Below are positions 1-10,819 of a stretch of DNA of 64,000 nt, one piece after another (the first letter of the stretch is position 1; the number at the start of each line of letters is the position of its first letter). The position numbers and the translations under genes are program-made. Source of the stretch: Rebecca billardiae RCC1528 (taxonomy: Eukaryota > Protista > Haptophyta); the NCBI GenBank assembly GCA_965240325.2, contig OZ251245.1, forward strand, positions 310,001 through 374,000. The letters are read 5' to 3'. The notes under the pieces are model-generated. The model worked only from the letters and a program-made list of their open reading frames with translations. It was not told the DNA's origin and did not search any database.

Positions 1-81
1 GGACGGCGCTCAGTCGCGCTGGGGGCTTCGGCGCTTCGTTCGCACTGTTCGCAAGCCGCCTCGGCACAAGAGCCAGCCACG

Positions 82-2047
82 ATGGCGCCGCACGCGCTAG
101 CGGCGCTCGGCCTCGCGGCCGGCCTCGTGGCGGGCGGGCACCTCCTGGACGCGAGCTTCTGGGAGAGCACGCGAGACTGCTACTCGCCCGATGGCACATT
201 GGGGCCCTGCCGCCCGGGCGTCGAGCTCTGCGCCCCGCCCGGCAGCGCGCTCGAAGAATCGCCAAGATTTCACATCGCCGACGCGACGTGCCGCGTCAAC
301 GACCCGAACGGCCCGGTGTACGACCCGAAGCACGGCGTGTACCACCTGTTCTACCAGGACCACCTCGCTATGGGCCACGGGCGCGGCCCCATCTACGGCC
401 ACGTCGCGTCGCGCGACATGGTGCACTGGGCGCGGCTGCCAGTCGCTATTTGGAACGACCAACCGTACGACTCGGTCGCCATCTACTCCGGCTCGGCGGT
501 CGTGGACGACGACGGGAGCGTGGTGCAGATCTACCCCGGCCTGTGCAGGCGCGACACGTGGGACGCGTGCACCACCGGAACCAACCTCGCGATCGCGCTG
601 CCAGAAGACCCGGCCGATCCGCTGCTCCGACTTTGGCAAAAGCCGAAGCAGTATAACCCGGTCGTGAACGGCACGCAGCGCGACCCGACGACGCCGTGGC
701 GCGAGCGGAGCGGCGAGTGGCGCCTCACGACGTACAACACGATGATCTACGCCTCGCTCGACCTGCGCCGCTGGTACACGCTCGGCCACCAGCCCAATTT
801 CGTCATTGCTGAATGTCCGGGCTTCTTCCCACTGCCGCCACTCGCGCCGGGCTCCGGGCGCGCGCCGGAGGGCACGCCTGCGTACACGCACGTGTACAAG
901 TACTCGGTGGGTCGGAAGGACTGGATGGTCTTGGGCACGTACGAGGAGCGCGGCGCCGGCGTGCTCGGCGCGTGGACGCCCGCGCCCAACGCGCGCATCA
1001 TCGACCGCGGCGCGTCGTACGCGTCCAAGGATTTCTACGATCCGGCCGGGAGGTGTGCGCTGTGCGCGGCCCTGTCCTCCGTCCGGCTGTGGGCGTGGGT
1101 GCGCGTGCTTGCACAGCGGCTCTCCGTGGGCTGCGGGGGCGCAGCGTGGGTGCACAGCGGCTCTCATTGGGCTGCGGGGGCGCAGACAGGGCGGGCAGGG
1201 CCAGGCTGGCGCACGCCGTGCTGCGGCGGCCCGGGGACACGCAGAGCCCGTCACGCGGCAAGGGCGCCCCGCGCGCGCCCGGCTCACTGCTGCGCGCCCA
1301 CCGCCGCGCCGCGCGCGCCGCTGTCGCATCAGGCGGCGCATCAACTGGGCGTGGGCCCTAGTGCCGCCCGCCTCGGCCATGACCCTGCCGCGCGAGATCA
1401 CCTGGCACGCCGCCCTGCAGCAACTCGTCTTCTCGCCGCTCGAGGAGCAGGCCGCCCTCCGCGCGCGCGTGCTCGCGCGCGCGCGCAATCTGACTCTGAG
1501 TCGAGAGTCCGGTCGGATGCTTGTCCGTCCGTCGAGGGCGGCAGGCGCGCAGGCCGAGGTGCTGCTCGAGTTCGCTCTGCCCCGCATCGCGGCCACGTTT
1601 GGCGTGCGCGTGGGCGGCAGCGGCGAGGGCGACACTGGCTGCTTTTTCTTCGTGCGCTACCGGCCGCCGCCCGCGCGCCGCGCGCAGCCGTACACAGCTA
1701 TTGTCGGCGCACGGTGCACGGGCGGCCGCGGCGCGGACGACTGGAGTGCGGCTGATTTGCTGCAGCTGCTCCCGGCGGAGCGGAGCCTGCGCCTGCGCGT
1801 CTTTGCCGACCGCACGATGGCGGAGGGGTACTGGCAGGATGGGCGCGTGGCGCTCACCGCGCCCATCCCAGCCTGGCCGACCGACGGCGCGGGGCCGCCG
1901 CCAGCCGGCATCGACCTGATGGCGCGCGACGGCCGTGTCGCGGTGCTGAGCGCGGAGGTGCACGCGGTTGCGGACATCTGGGTGCCGCCCGAGCAACTGC
2001 TGGGCCCCGCGGGCGGTGGCGGCCCGCGTGCTCGTCCGTCAGCCTGA
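82..2047 (+). CDS. Glycoside hydrolase family 32 (beta-fructofuranosidase/invertase-like), secreted; 2 exons (82-1052, 1333-2047), 561 aa
   Basis: N-terminal hydrophobic signal; GH32 catalytic motifs VNDPNG, YSGS, RDP, AECP, plus YASKDFYDP. GT-AG intron 1053-1332 joins FYDPAG-RRRINWAW in frame with ORF 806..2047 (MTLPRE, C-terminal beta-sandwich region). Confidence 0.9.
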
Positions 2048-2160
2048 GCCATGAGTGCGGCGCGATCCGTGGGTCCGGCGCCGTGAAGTCGTGACGCGAC
2101 GCCCCGCGTAATACAGGCAATCGCGGGCGCCCGCAATAAGAAGTCAGTAGAGATCTCACG

Positions 2161-2650
2161 GCTAGTCTCAGTTTCTTAGTAGCCGTTCGGTAGCCCGACC
2201 GCCTACGGAGTCTCAGTTTCTTAGCGCGCTAGGTCCGGCCCGCCGCCGTGCAGGCGCGACGGGGGGCCGGCACGGGCGGGGGCTGAGCCCCCGGCCGCTG
2301 ACGGTCTGTAGGCCCGGCCGGCGAGGCCGAAGATCGAAAACATTTATTGGGCCATCATATATTTTGGAGCAAATCTGGCATATGGTGATGTTGCATGGAT
2401 GCTGATGCGCGCACTGGCCAGGAGTCAGTTATCAGGAGAAGTCGCGGGAATCCTTGGCGGCCTGTAGCTGACTCGTAGTCGGGCCGCGCGCCGCCGGTCC
2501 CACGGGCACTGCGCCTCGGCGGACCACTGCTCGTCAGCCGCGACGACATAGTCCCGGTTTCTTAGTGTGACTATGCGTATAGCGAACCAGCCAATCGCTA
2601 GTCTCAGTTTCTAGGCCAGATCCGCAGATAGCAAGCCTCCGTTTCTTAAC
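2161..2650 (+). repeat. Five dispersed direct copies of a ~15-19 bp motif (GCTA)GTCTCAGTTTCTTAG
   Basis: Copies at ~2161-2179, 2208-2224, 2549-2565 (variant), 2597-2615 and 2635-2650 (variant). Confidence 0.75.
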
Positions 2651-2759
2651 GTGACAGCTCCTTGTTGCCCGCGATTGCCCGTGTACTCTGCTCACTCGTC
2701 ACTGTAATAGTAGTACGCGGGATCTGCGTCGACAGGTGCAGGCTATGCTCTGCCACCAA

Positions 2760-2849
2760 CGCCGACTTCGTGTCGACGATCGGGCACTGCCGCCGACGAA
2801 TCGATCCCAGCGGAGACCCGCGTCGTCCTACCTGTGTCGTCGTTAAATC
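2760..2849 (+). repeat. Dispersed ~90 bp repeat, second copy inverted at 44869-44953
   Basis: cgccgacttcgtgtcgacgatcgggcactgccgccgacgaatc...ggagacccgcgtcgtcctacctgtgtcg..ttaaatc matches the reverse complement of 44869-44953 apart from a few substitutions and small indels. Confidence 0.85.
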
Positions 2850-2857
2850 GATATCAT

Positions 2858-4140
2858 GGCCCGCGGTGCAGGGCGGAGCGCGCAGCGTGGAGCCCGCACC
2901 AGCGGGCCCGAACCACGTTTCAAAAAGATCTTTGATCAAGAAAAAAGGGACGGGGGGCGGCGGAAAAAAAGGGACGGGGGGCGATTTTTAGGGCTGGCGG
3001 AGACCGGGTTTCGAGTTTTTGAGATCGCATTGAGAGGTCTATCAGGCCAAAAAAAACCGCGCCCAGCTGATTCCCTTAAGTAAAGTGCGATCTGGACGTC
3101 AGCTGGACGTGACATTAGTGTAACGGTTCGTTACGAGCGAATCGTACTCGTCTTCCCGGATCGCGTGACGTCCGGACTGGGCCACATCCGGATCGTCGGA
3201 GGTGACGTGCCCCGGCACGATGGGCGATGGCGGATATGCGGGACGGCGCCTGCACGTGCCTCCGGACCCGCCTCCCGCTTGCTGCTCACGCAGTCAGCTG
3301 CGACCGTGGCGCATGATCGCAGAAGCAGTGCCGGCAGTACGGCCTGCATCAGCTAGTGCCGCGCCGTCGTGGCGCGCGCGGTACGGTTGCGCGTTTGCAG
3401 CGCTCGCCGCCTCGGCGACGGCACGCGCGTGCGGCTCAGGTGTGTCAAATGCGGTCTCGTCGGCGCGCTTTCGCCTGCCACCTCGTGCACCCGTGCCGCC
3501 AGTTTCATCGTCTTCATGAGGACTGCTGCTGCTGTCGCCATCCGCTCTCCATCACCCCGAGTCGCCGGTCGCGCGGCGCGCGCGGTAGGCACTAGGCAGG
3601 GCGTACGGTCACTCACCCGTGCAACGGGTCAAGTGGCCAGAGTACGTCTGGTCGTTGGCTGGCACGGGCCGCAGCGCTAAAGCACCCTGCTGTCACACCC
3701 GACTCCTTCAGTACTCCGAGCTCCGCGGCACGACTCACTCGGCACGATCGCGGACGGGTCGGATCCGAGCTGATCAGCCAGAGTTGGACACAGTTTGGCA
3801 GCTACTAGTAGTAATTCCGATGCCGATGGCACGATCGCGGACGGGTCGGATCCGAGCTGATCAGCCAGTTGGACATTTGGCAGCTAGTTGTCAGACGGAC
3901 GTCCGATTTGACGACCGGTGCCGGGTGCGGTCTCAGGTCCGCTGCTGTGATTGTGTGAAGTGTGAATGAGTCTCGCGGTCGCGCAGGCAGGGCGACGGTC
4001 GGACTAATATAGCTTCAGTCATCTCAGAACCGACTTCAACTGGCGAACTGCCACTACTCGGCGGAGAGCCGCGATTGCACGGCCACCGCGGGCCCCCAAC
4101 TGCGTTGATTCTATGCAGAAAAGGACCGCGGAACGCGGTC
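2858..4140 (+). mobile_element. Non-autonomous ~1.28 kb element, copy A (hairpin ends, asymmetric inverted repeat; Helitron2/Helentron-like)
   Basis: Near-identical to the reverse complement of 7533-8816. 5' fold-back 2858-2908; 11 bp inverted copy of the 5' end at 4084-4094; terminal hairpin GACCGCG-GAA-CGCGGTC at 4124-4140; AT on both flanks; no credible ORF. Confidence 0.75.
3741..3886 (+). repeat. Internal ~87 bp-period tandem duplication within element copy A (mirrored in copy B)
   Basis: ggcacgatcgcggacgggtcggatccgagctgatcagccag...ttggaca..tttggcagcta at 3741 and again at 3828. Confidence 0.85.
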
Positions 4141-4241
4141 ATATATATATAGATCGAATGAGTCTCACTACCGGACTTACCAGATATGATGATATCAGAC
4201 AATAACTACCGGGTAACAGTCGTCTTCGAGGACTCAGTCTG

Positions 4242-4333
<92 letters not shown>

Positions 4334-4357
4334 CATCGTCGTCATCATCGTCATCAT
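4242..4357. repeat. Compound (ATC)n-(CAG)n microsatellite
   Basis: Directly visible trinucleotide runs. Confidence 0.95.
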
Positions 4358-4407
4358 CTGAATAATCATCATCATATACGCGATACGCGAGTCATCATCA
4401 TCATATC

Positions 4408-4451
4408 TTAACGACGTGGTATGCTGCAACGGGCGGCATGATATCTGATAG

Positions 4452-4490
<39 letters not shown>

Positions 4491-4547
4491 ATATATACAT
4501 ATATATATATGTATGTATATATATTAACGACGTGGTATGCAACGGGC
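4408..4547. repeat. (TA)n/(TATG) microsatellite bracketed by a ~24-27 bp direct repeat
   Basis: ttaacgacgtggtatgc(tgc)aacgggc at 4408-4434 and 4524-4547. Confidence 0.85.
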
Positions 4548-4754
4548 AGGCGTCAAAGTCAGCAAGCTGTAGCAGCAGATCGAGCAGCAGACGAGACAAA
4601 CACCAGGATCAGCGCTCCTCGCCGTCGTCCCCCCCCCCGTCGTAGGATCGCCCATCACTCCATCGCCGAGCGGAAGCTCGACGCACCGTCTGGCGTCGAC
4701 GCGCGCGCGCCACTGCGGTGGTCGCGGTGCCACGCGTTGTCAGCCATATGTGTA

Positions 4755-4787
<33 letters not shown>

Positions 4788-4792
<5 letters not shown>

Positions 4793-7415
4793 TGCAGGAT
4801 TGGAATTTTCCGTGACGCTTCGGACGGTCCGCAGCTCGAGTCAGCGAATCCGGTCTCGGCCGGACAGTGGAACTCGGGTGGAAGCCGCGACTTCGCGGCG
4901 GACGGAGCCTCAAACGAGCGGTGCCTCGGCTCGCGGCGCGATCTACTCGGCGAAGACCGACGAGGCTGCTCGCGGGCCCGACTATGCGTCGACGCGGGCT
5001 GGGGTCGTCTTCCGCGTGGCGCTGGGCAAGTTCCTCGCCGCCCTGACGGGTGCTCTCCTTTCGCCCTCACGGCGCGCGCGGTGCGTTTCGCGAGCTTCTT
5101 GCATGCGCCGCCCGCGGTTGCGCCCGAGCCTGATGCTTCAGTCGACACGGCAGGTGGCTCGCGCAGGGTGGGATTGTGTGCGGGTGCCGCTGGCGGTGCG
5201 TCTCACCCTCCTGAAATTGTGTGGGAGGCTGTGACATTGCACGCGTACACCCCGCCACGCCCGCGGCCCGCCCGCGCAAACGCCGCGCCGCGCAGTTGTC
5301 TTTGACCTCGAGCGAGCCTGAGGCGTGGAGGCGACCGACGGCGGGGTGCGACTTGCCCACCGACCCGAGCCGCATCACCCAGCGCAGCCTCGCCCGCGAC
5401 GACGCTTCGCCTGGCTGCCACTGCTCAGCCGCGTGCAAGGCGGGCTGGGCGACGTCTTTGCCGAGCGCGGCTGCAGCGCAGCACGCGAGAGGCTGGAGCG
5501 CCATGACGCGGATGGCGGAGCGGGCTTTGGGCTGGCTGGCATGAGCCGCCAGGCTGTACCGTCCGCGCAGATCGCGCTCGGCCCGGCCGCAGCCCTCCTG
5601 AGCGCGCGCCTCAGAGCTGAGACTGATCACGTGCACGCGCACAAGCCACACTGCCGTGGCTGTGTCGAGCAGCTGCGTGTGCTCGAGGCGCGGCGCTCGC
5701 ACGGGCCACGCGGGCGCAGCGGGTGCGCGCAGCTGGCGCACGCAGTGCCACGTCCTGCCGCGCCAGTTTGGCGGCCGTCCGCCCCCCCGAGCTCGAGTTC
5801 TGCGCGCTTTGCGACGGCGCGGCCGGCCGCGCCCATCTTCATGCTTGGGCACGCCAGCATGGCCGCCGCCGGGCCTGCTGCGCGCGCCGAAGCTGGAGGG
5901 CGGAGGAGGGCGCTGGGCTGCTCCTACGGCGTGCTGCAGCCCGGGCAGGCTTTTCCGCGGCGCGGCGAGGCCGTCGCGCCTGCTCGCCGCCGTCGAGTCG
6001 CCCGTGCTGAGTGACCGTCGGCCGCATGTGCTCGGCGGCACCGCAGGCAGGCGTCCCATACCAGTGTGCTCGAGCCGCTGCGCGCACCCAAGGCGAGCTG
6101 CTCGAGCGGGCTAGGTGGGCCCACGGAGTGCGCGCAGCTGGCGCACGCAGCCCCGCGTCATGGGGTGTCGGTTTGACGGTCGCCAGCCCCCGTGGGCTCG
6201 AGCTCTGTGCGCTTCACCACGGAGGTGCCGACGGCGCCCCGCGGCGCGCAACGGCGTGGCAGCATGGCCGCCGCCGGCGCCGCCGCACATGCCGCCGCTT
6301 ACGGGCAGTCGAGAGCTTGGGGCAGCACCTACGGCATGCTGCAGCTCGGGCGGGCTCTGCCAGCCTGCTGTGGCGTGATCGCGCATTTTCCAGACCGTCG
6401 ACTCGCCCGCGCTGCATATTTGTTTGCTGCGCGTGCTCGACGGCGCCGCTGCTGCCGCTACGGCCGCGCGTTGCTGCGTCGCGAGCGAGCCCGATGCGAG
6501 CTGAACGGCGGCGTGCTCATCGCTGCTGGCGCAGATGGGCGCGTCATGGTGGCCACGCACGATGCTGAGTGCTCGCGCGTGCCAGACGAGGCGCGTGCTC
6601 GCGCTGTGGCTCAATGTCCGGCAGTGCGCGTGGCAGGCCGCAGCTGCTCGACAACAGAACCAGCGGGCAGTGATCGGGCTGCGCGCGCGCAGCTGATGGC
6701 GGCGAACGAGCGAGCCCGCACCGCCGCGCAAGGGCTGGGCGACTGGCGCCGAGGTGGCGCGCACGTCGTCCGCTGCCGTTGGCATCGCGGCGGACGCTTC
6801 AAGCTCGTTCGGCCGGCGTGTTTTCTCCGACGCCCACCTGCGAGCGCTGCCGGCACCGTGCTCGGGCGTCAGTATCGGTGGGCTCGAGCACGCGTGGTGA
6901 GGCGCTCGGAGCGGTCGACGGCCATGATCGGGCAGCGCACGGTGGGCGCAGGCCACGCGCACGCCAGCGCCCCGCGTGGCGTGGCTTCACGGGGCGCAGC
7001 CACCAGGAGACTGTGCTGCGACGAGCTCGGGCGCGCTCGGGCGCCGCTGCTCTGCATTTTCCCGAAAAATCGGTTTTCGTGCCCTCGACCGGCGGTATGC
7101 CGCCGGGGTGGCCGCAGCTGCGCTCGGAGCAGCGCGCACGCGCACCGCCGTGTGCGCCCGCCCGCTTTCGCCGCCGCCGAGCTCGAGCACAGCGCTGCGC
7201 GGGGCTGCGTAATGCCAACGGCGCATGATTTTTTGCCCGCGCCGAGCGCGCGTCGGCGCGCGCAGCGCGCTCAGGTGTGGCCTGCTACCAAGGTCTGTGC
7301 CACGATTCGACGCGCCTATGGTGCGCCGAATTTAGGCGCACCGCTTCAGAATTGTCCGATGATTCGACTAGTGGTGCGGACAACTTAAAACGTCACCCTG
7401 AGCAGTTTTCCGGCA

Positions 7416-7420
<5 letters not shown>
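4788..7420. mobile_element. 2.63 kb non-autonomous TIR DNA transposon (CAC...GTG ends; CACTA/Chapaev/Transib-like) inserted in (TA)n
   Basis: Left end CACAGTGCAGGA..., right end reverse complement CACAGTGCCGGA...; both carry GTGACG at positions 25-30. (TA)n on both sides; no transposase ORF recognisable. Confidence 0.7.

Positions 7421-7487
<67 letters not shown>
7421..7487. repeat. (TA)n microsatellite
   Basis: Directly visible. Confidence 0.95.
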
Positions 7488-7490
<3 letters not shown>

Positions 7491-7532
7491 ACACACACAC
7501 ACGACACACATATATATGTAGTACGTACATAT

Positions 7533-8815
7533 GACCGCGTTCCGCGGTCCTTTTCTGCATAGAATCAACGCAGTTGGGGGCCCGCGGTGGCCGTGCAATC
7601 GCGGCTCTCCGCCGTAGTGGCAGTTCGCCAGTTGAAGTCGGTTCTGAGATGACTGAAGCTATATTAGTCCGACCGTCGCCCTGCCTGCGCGACCGCGAGA
7701 CTCATTCACACTTCACACAATCACAGCAGCGGACCTGAGACCGCACCCGGCACCGGTCGTCAAATCGGACGTCCGTCTGACAACTAGCTGCCAAATGTCC
7801 AACTGGCTGATCAGCTCGGATCCGACCCGTCCGCGATCGTGCCATCGGCATCGGAATTACTACTAGTAGCTGCCAAACTGTGGCATCCAACTCTGGCTGA
7901 TCAGCTCGGATCCGACCCGTCCGCGATCGTGCCGAGTGAGTCGTGCCGCGGAGCTCGGAGTACTGAAGGAGTCGGGTGTGACAGCAGGGTGCTTTAGCGC
8001 TGCGGCCCGTGCCAGCCAACGACCAGACGTACTCTGGCCACTTGACCCGTTGCACGGGTGAGTGACCGTACGCCCTGCCTAGTGCCTACCGCGCGCGCCG
8101 CGCGACCGGCGACTCGGGGTGATGGAGAGCGGATGGCGACAGCAGCAGCAGTCCTCATGAAGACGATGAAACTGGCGGCACGGGTGCACGAGGTGGCAGG
8201 CGAAAGCGCGCCGACGAGACCGCATTTGACACACCTGAGCCGCACGCGCGTGCCGTCGCCGAGGCGGCGAGCGCTGCAAACGCGCAACCGTACCGCGCGC
8301 GCCACGACGGCGCGGCACTAGCTGATGCAGGCCGTACTGCCGGCACTGCTTCTGCGATCATGCGCCACGGTCGCAGCTGACTGCGTGAGCAGCAAGCGGG
8401 AGGCGGGTCCGGAGGCACGTGCAGGCGCCGTCCCGCATATCCGCCATCGCCCATCGTGCCGGGGCACGTCACCTCCGACGATCCGGATGTGGCCCAGTCC
8501 GGACGTCACGCGATCCGGGAAGACGAGTACGATTCGCTCGTAACGAACCGTTACACTAATGTCACGTCCAGCTGACGTCCAGATCGCACTTTACTTAAGG
8601 GAATCAGCTGGGCGCGGTTTTTTTTGGCCTGATAGACCTCTCAATGCGATCTCAAAAACTCGAAACTCGGTCTCCGCCAGCCCTAAAAATCGCCCCCCGT
8701 CCCTTTTTTTCCGCCGCCCCCCGTCCCTTTTTTCTTGATCAAAGATCTTTTTGAAACGTGGTTCGGGCCCGCTGGTGCGGGCTCCACGCTGCGCGCTCCG
8801 CCCTGCACCGCGGGC

Positions 8816-8816
<1 letters not shown>
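7533..8816 (-). mobile_element. Non-autonomous ~1.28 kb element, copy B (inverted relative to copy A)
   Basis: Reverse complement of 2858-4140 with only a few differences (one substitution near 8667, small indels near 7614 and 7882); followed by (ATC)n. Confidence 0.75.
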
Positions 8817-8848
<32 letters not shown>

Positions 8849-8989
8849 GGTCATCATCAGTGGATACCCGGTATCATCATCAGCATTCGATCGTCAGCAG
8901 CGCGCAGTGGTCTGCTGCGACGCAGCACGGACGATCGATATAGACCGCCACTGCGCACGCGCTGATGACGCGACTGAGTGACTGAGTCG

Positions 8990-10819
8990 TCAGCCGCCGC
9001 GACCCATGGTGATGCTGAGCACCTCACCACGCACATCGTTCAGCTCGCGCAGCAGCGATGTCCGAACTTCTGTCGCTGCGCTGTTGTTACCGGGCTCGAG
9101 CAGCATGTTGGTAGCCTCGGCGGGCGTGCCGGCCAGCGCGTACACCGTGTGTTGTGCAGGAGGGAACTTGCCCTCCGGATGCGCGCGTTGACCTCTGGTG
9201 GGCCGGTTCGGCGGCAAGCCTTCCCCGTTCAAGCAACGCGCGCGAAAGTGCGGTGAGGTCGTGTTCAGCCACGACTTCACCGTAGGTGATTCCGCGTTGA
9301 CTCCCTCGACCAGCTTCCAATCGCGGCTCACCACCGCGAAGGCAGAGCACTCGCTCTGGATCACGAGGCTGCGCCTCGGGCTCTGCGCTGCCTTGCGCAG
9401 CAGCAGGGGCAACAGGTTCACGCTGTCGGGTGCCTCGCCCGCGACGAGCGCTGTGCGCGTGATCGCCGCGAGCGTGGCGTACACGTCGATGGCGGAGACC
9501 AGCTCGTCAGAGACGTGGCCGGGCTTGATGTGCCCCGGCCAGCGCATCATCATCGGCACGCGCACGCCGCCCTCCCAATACGTGCCCTTGTGCCCGCGGA
9601 GATGGCCGTTACTCGACAGCCCCATGTCATTCGCCGCACGTAGCTCGCGGCCAGTCTTGGGCGCTCCATTGTCGCTGAGAAATACCACCAGCGTGTCACG
9701 GGCGAGCGCGGCCTGCTCTGAGGGCCCTTGGCGACGCTCCAGAAACGCGAGGAGCCGCCCGACTGCCCAGTCGAGCTCATGCACGAAGTCGGCATACTTG
9801 CCGGCGGCGCTGCCGCAGTGGCCGCACGGGCTGCACGGCGTGATGGGCGAGTGCAGCGCAGTCGTCGCAAAGTAGAGGAAGAACGGGCGGTGCGCGACGG
9901 TCTCGAGCCACTCAAGCGCGCGCGTCACGAACGTGTCCGTTGCCCACTCCACGGGCTCCGCACCTACGCCCGCACGGTGGCGCCTGGGAAGGGGCATCGG
10001 CGCGTGCTCAGGGCACGACGACGGCGGTGCCGTCGTCGTGCCCTGCTGAGCACGCGCCGATGCCTTTTCTGTGTCGACGACGCTGGCTTCTGACCACGAG
10101 CGCACGCGCTCATTGGCTGCATACACGTTGTTCCGGCGTATCCGTGCCACCTGCTTGTTCAGCCAGGAGCGGAACTTGAGCGCTCTACCTCTGCTGCGCT
10201 GTGCTTTTGGCTGCGCCAAGACAGGCGTGCCCACGCGCGTGTGGTTCTCAACGTAAAGTGCAGCCGGCTGCTGGTTGAGGTTGGCCGGAACGCCGAAGAA
10301 GTAATCGAAGCCCAGCTCGATCGGGCCCGGGGACAGCGAATCGGACCAGCGTGTCGCCAGCTTCCTCGCCATGTCGTCCACGCCGAGGCCAAGGTGCCAC
10401 TTGCCAATCGCGGCGGTCGCGTAGCCGGCGCGCCGCATCATCGACGCGAGCGTCGGCCGATCCAGCTCGATCGAGAGACGGTCGTAGGCGCCCAGCATGG
10501 ATCCGTCGGTGTGCGCAGAGCGCCAAACGTACCGCCCGGTCATGATGGCATACCGGCTCGGCGAGCACACCGAGCTCGTCGTGGACGCGCGCGTGAAGCG
10601 CACGCCCTCGGCGCCGATACGATCCATGTGCTCGGTGTGAATGATTGCGTTCGGCGCGCCGTATGCGTTGGTGGAGCCGTAGCCGTGGTCATCGGAGACG
10701 ATCAGCACGATCCCATGCGGCGCCCCCGCATCGGCCGTCGTGCAGCTGGCGGGCAGACCCGCGAGTATCAACCCGAGGGCAACGCCTCGAGCGAGCGCCG
10801 AGGCCGCCGCGGGGCCCAT
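8990..10819 (-). CDS. Formylglycine-dependent sulfatase (arylsulfatase, S1 family), secreted
   Basis: Signal peptide after ATG 10819; motifs IVSDDHG, CSPSR-YAIMTGR, GKWHLG, SDNG, HKG..WEGGVRVP; intronless. Confidence 0.92.
   Translation of the reverse strand: MGPAAASALARGVALGLILAGLPASCTTADAGAPHGIVLIVSDDHGYGSTNAYGAPNAIIHTEHMDRIGAEGVRFTRASTTSSVCSPSRYAIMTGRYVWRSAHTDGSMLGAYDRLSIELDRPTLASMMRRAGYATAAIGKWHLGLGVDDMARKLATRWSDSLSPGPIELGFDYFFGVPANLNQQPAALYVENHTRVGTPVLAQPKAQRSRGRALKFRSWLNKQVARIRRNNVYAANERVRSWSEASVVDTEKASARAQQGTTTAPPSSCPEHAPMPLPRRHRAGVGAEPVEWATDTFVTRALEWLETVAHRPFFLYFATTALHSPITPCSPCGHCGSAAGKYADFVHELDWAVGRLLAFLERRQGPSEQAALARDTLVVFLSDNGAPKTGRELRAANDMGLSSNGHLRGHKGTYWEGGVRVPMMMRWPGHIKPGHVSDELVSAIDVYATLAAITRTALVAGEAPDSVNLLPLLLRKAAQSPRRSLVIQSECSAFAVVSRDWKLVEGVNAESPTVKSWLNTTSPHFRARCLNGEGLPPNRPTRGQRAHPEGKFPPAQHTVYALAGTPAEATNMLLEPGNNSAATEVRTSLLRELNDVRGEVLSITMGRGG

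Noticed and set aside
2161-2650. CRISPR-like repeat/spacer appearance
   Set aside because: Repeats are short and degenerate, spacing is irregular with a ~320 bp gap, there are no cas genes and the context is eukaryotic
3131-3969. Duplicated small ORFs (also at 7702-8543) as genes
   Set aside because: They are identical only because the element is duplicated; many have non-ATG starts and none has recognisable motifs
4139-4429. Poly-Leu/poly-Met ORF, and poly-His/poly-Met ORFs near 8820
   Set aside because: Translations of microsatellites
4788-7420. True RAG recombination signal sequences
   Set aside because: The heptamer is present, but there is no nonamer at 12 or 23 bp and no RAG/Transib ORF
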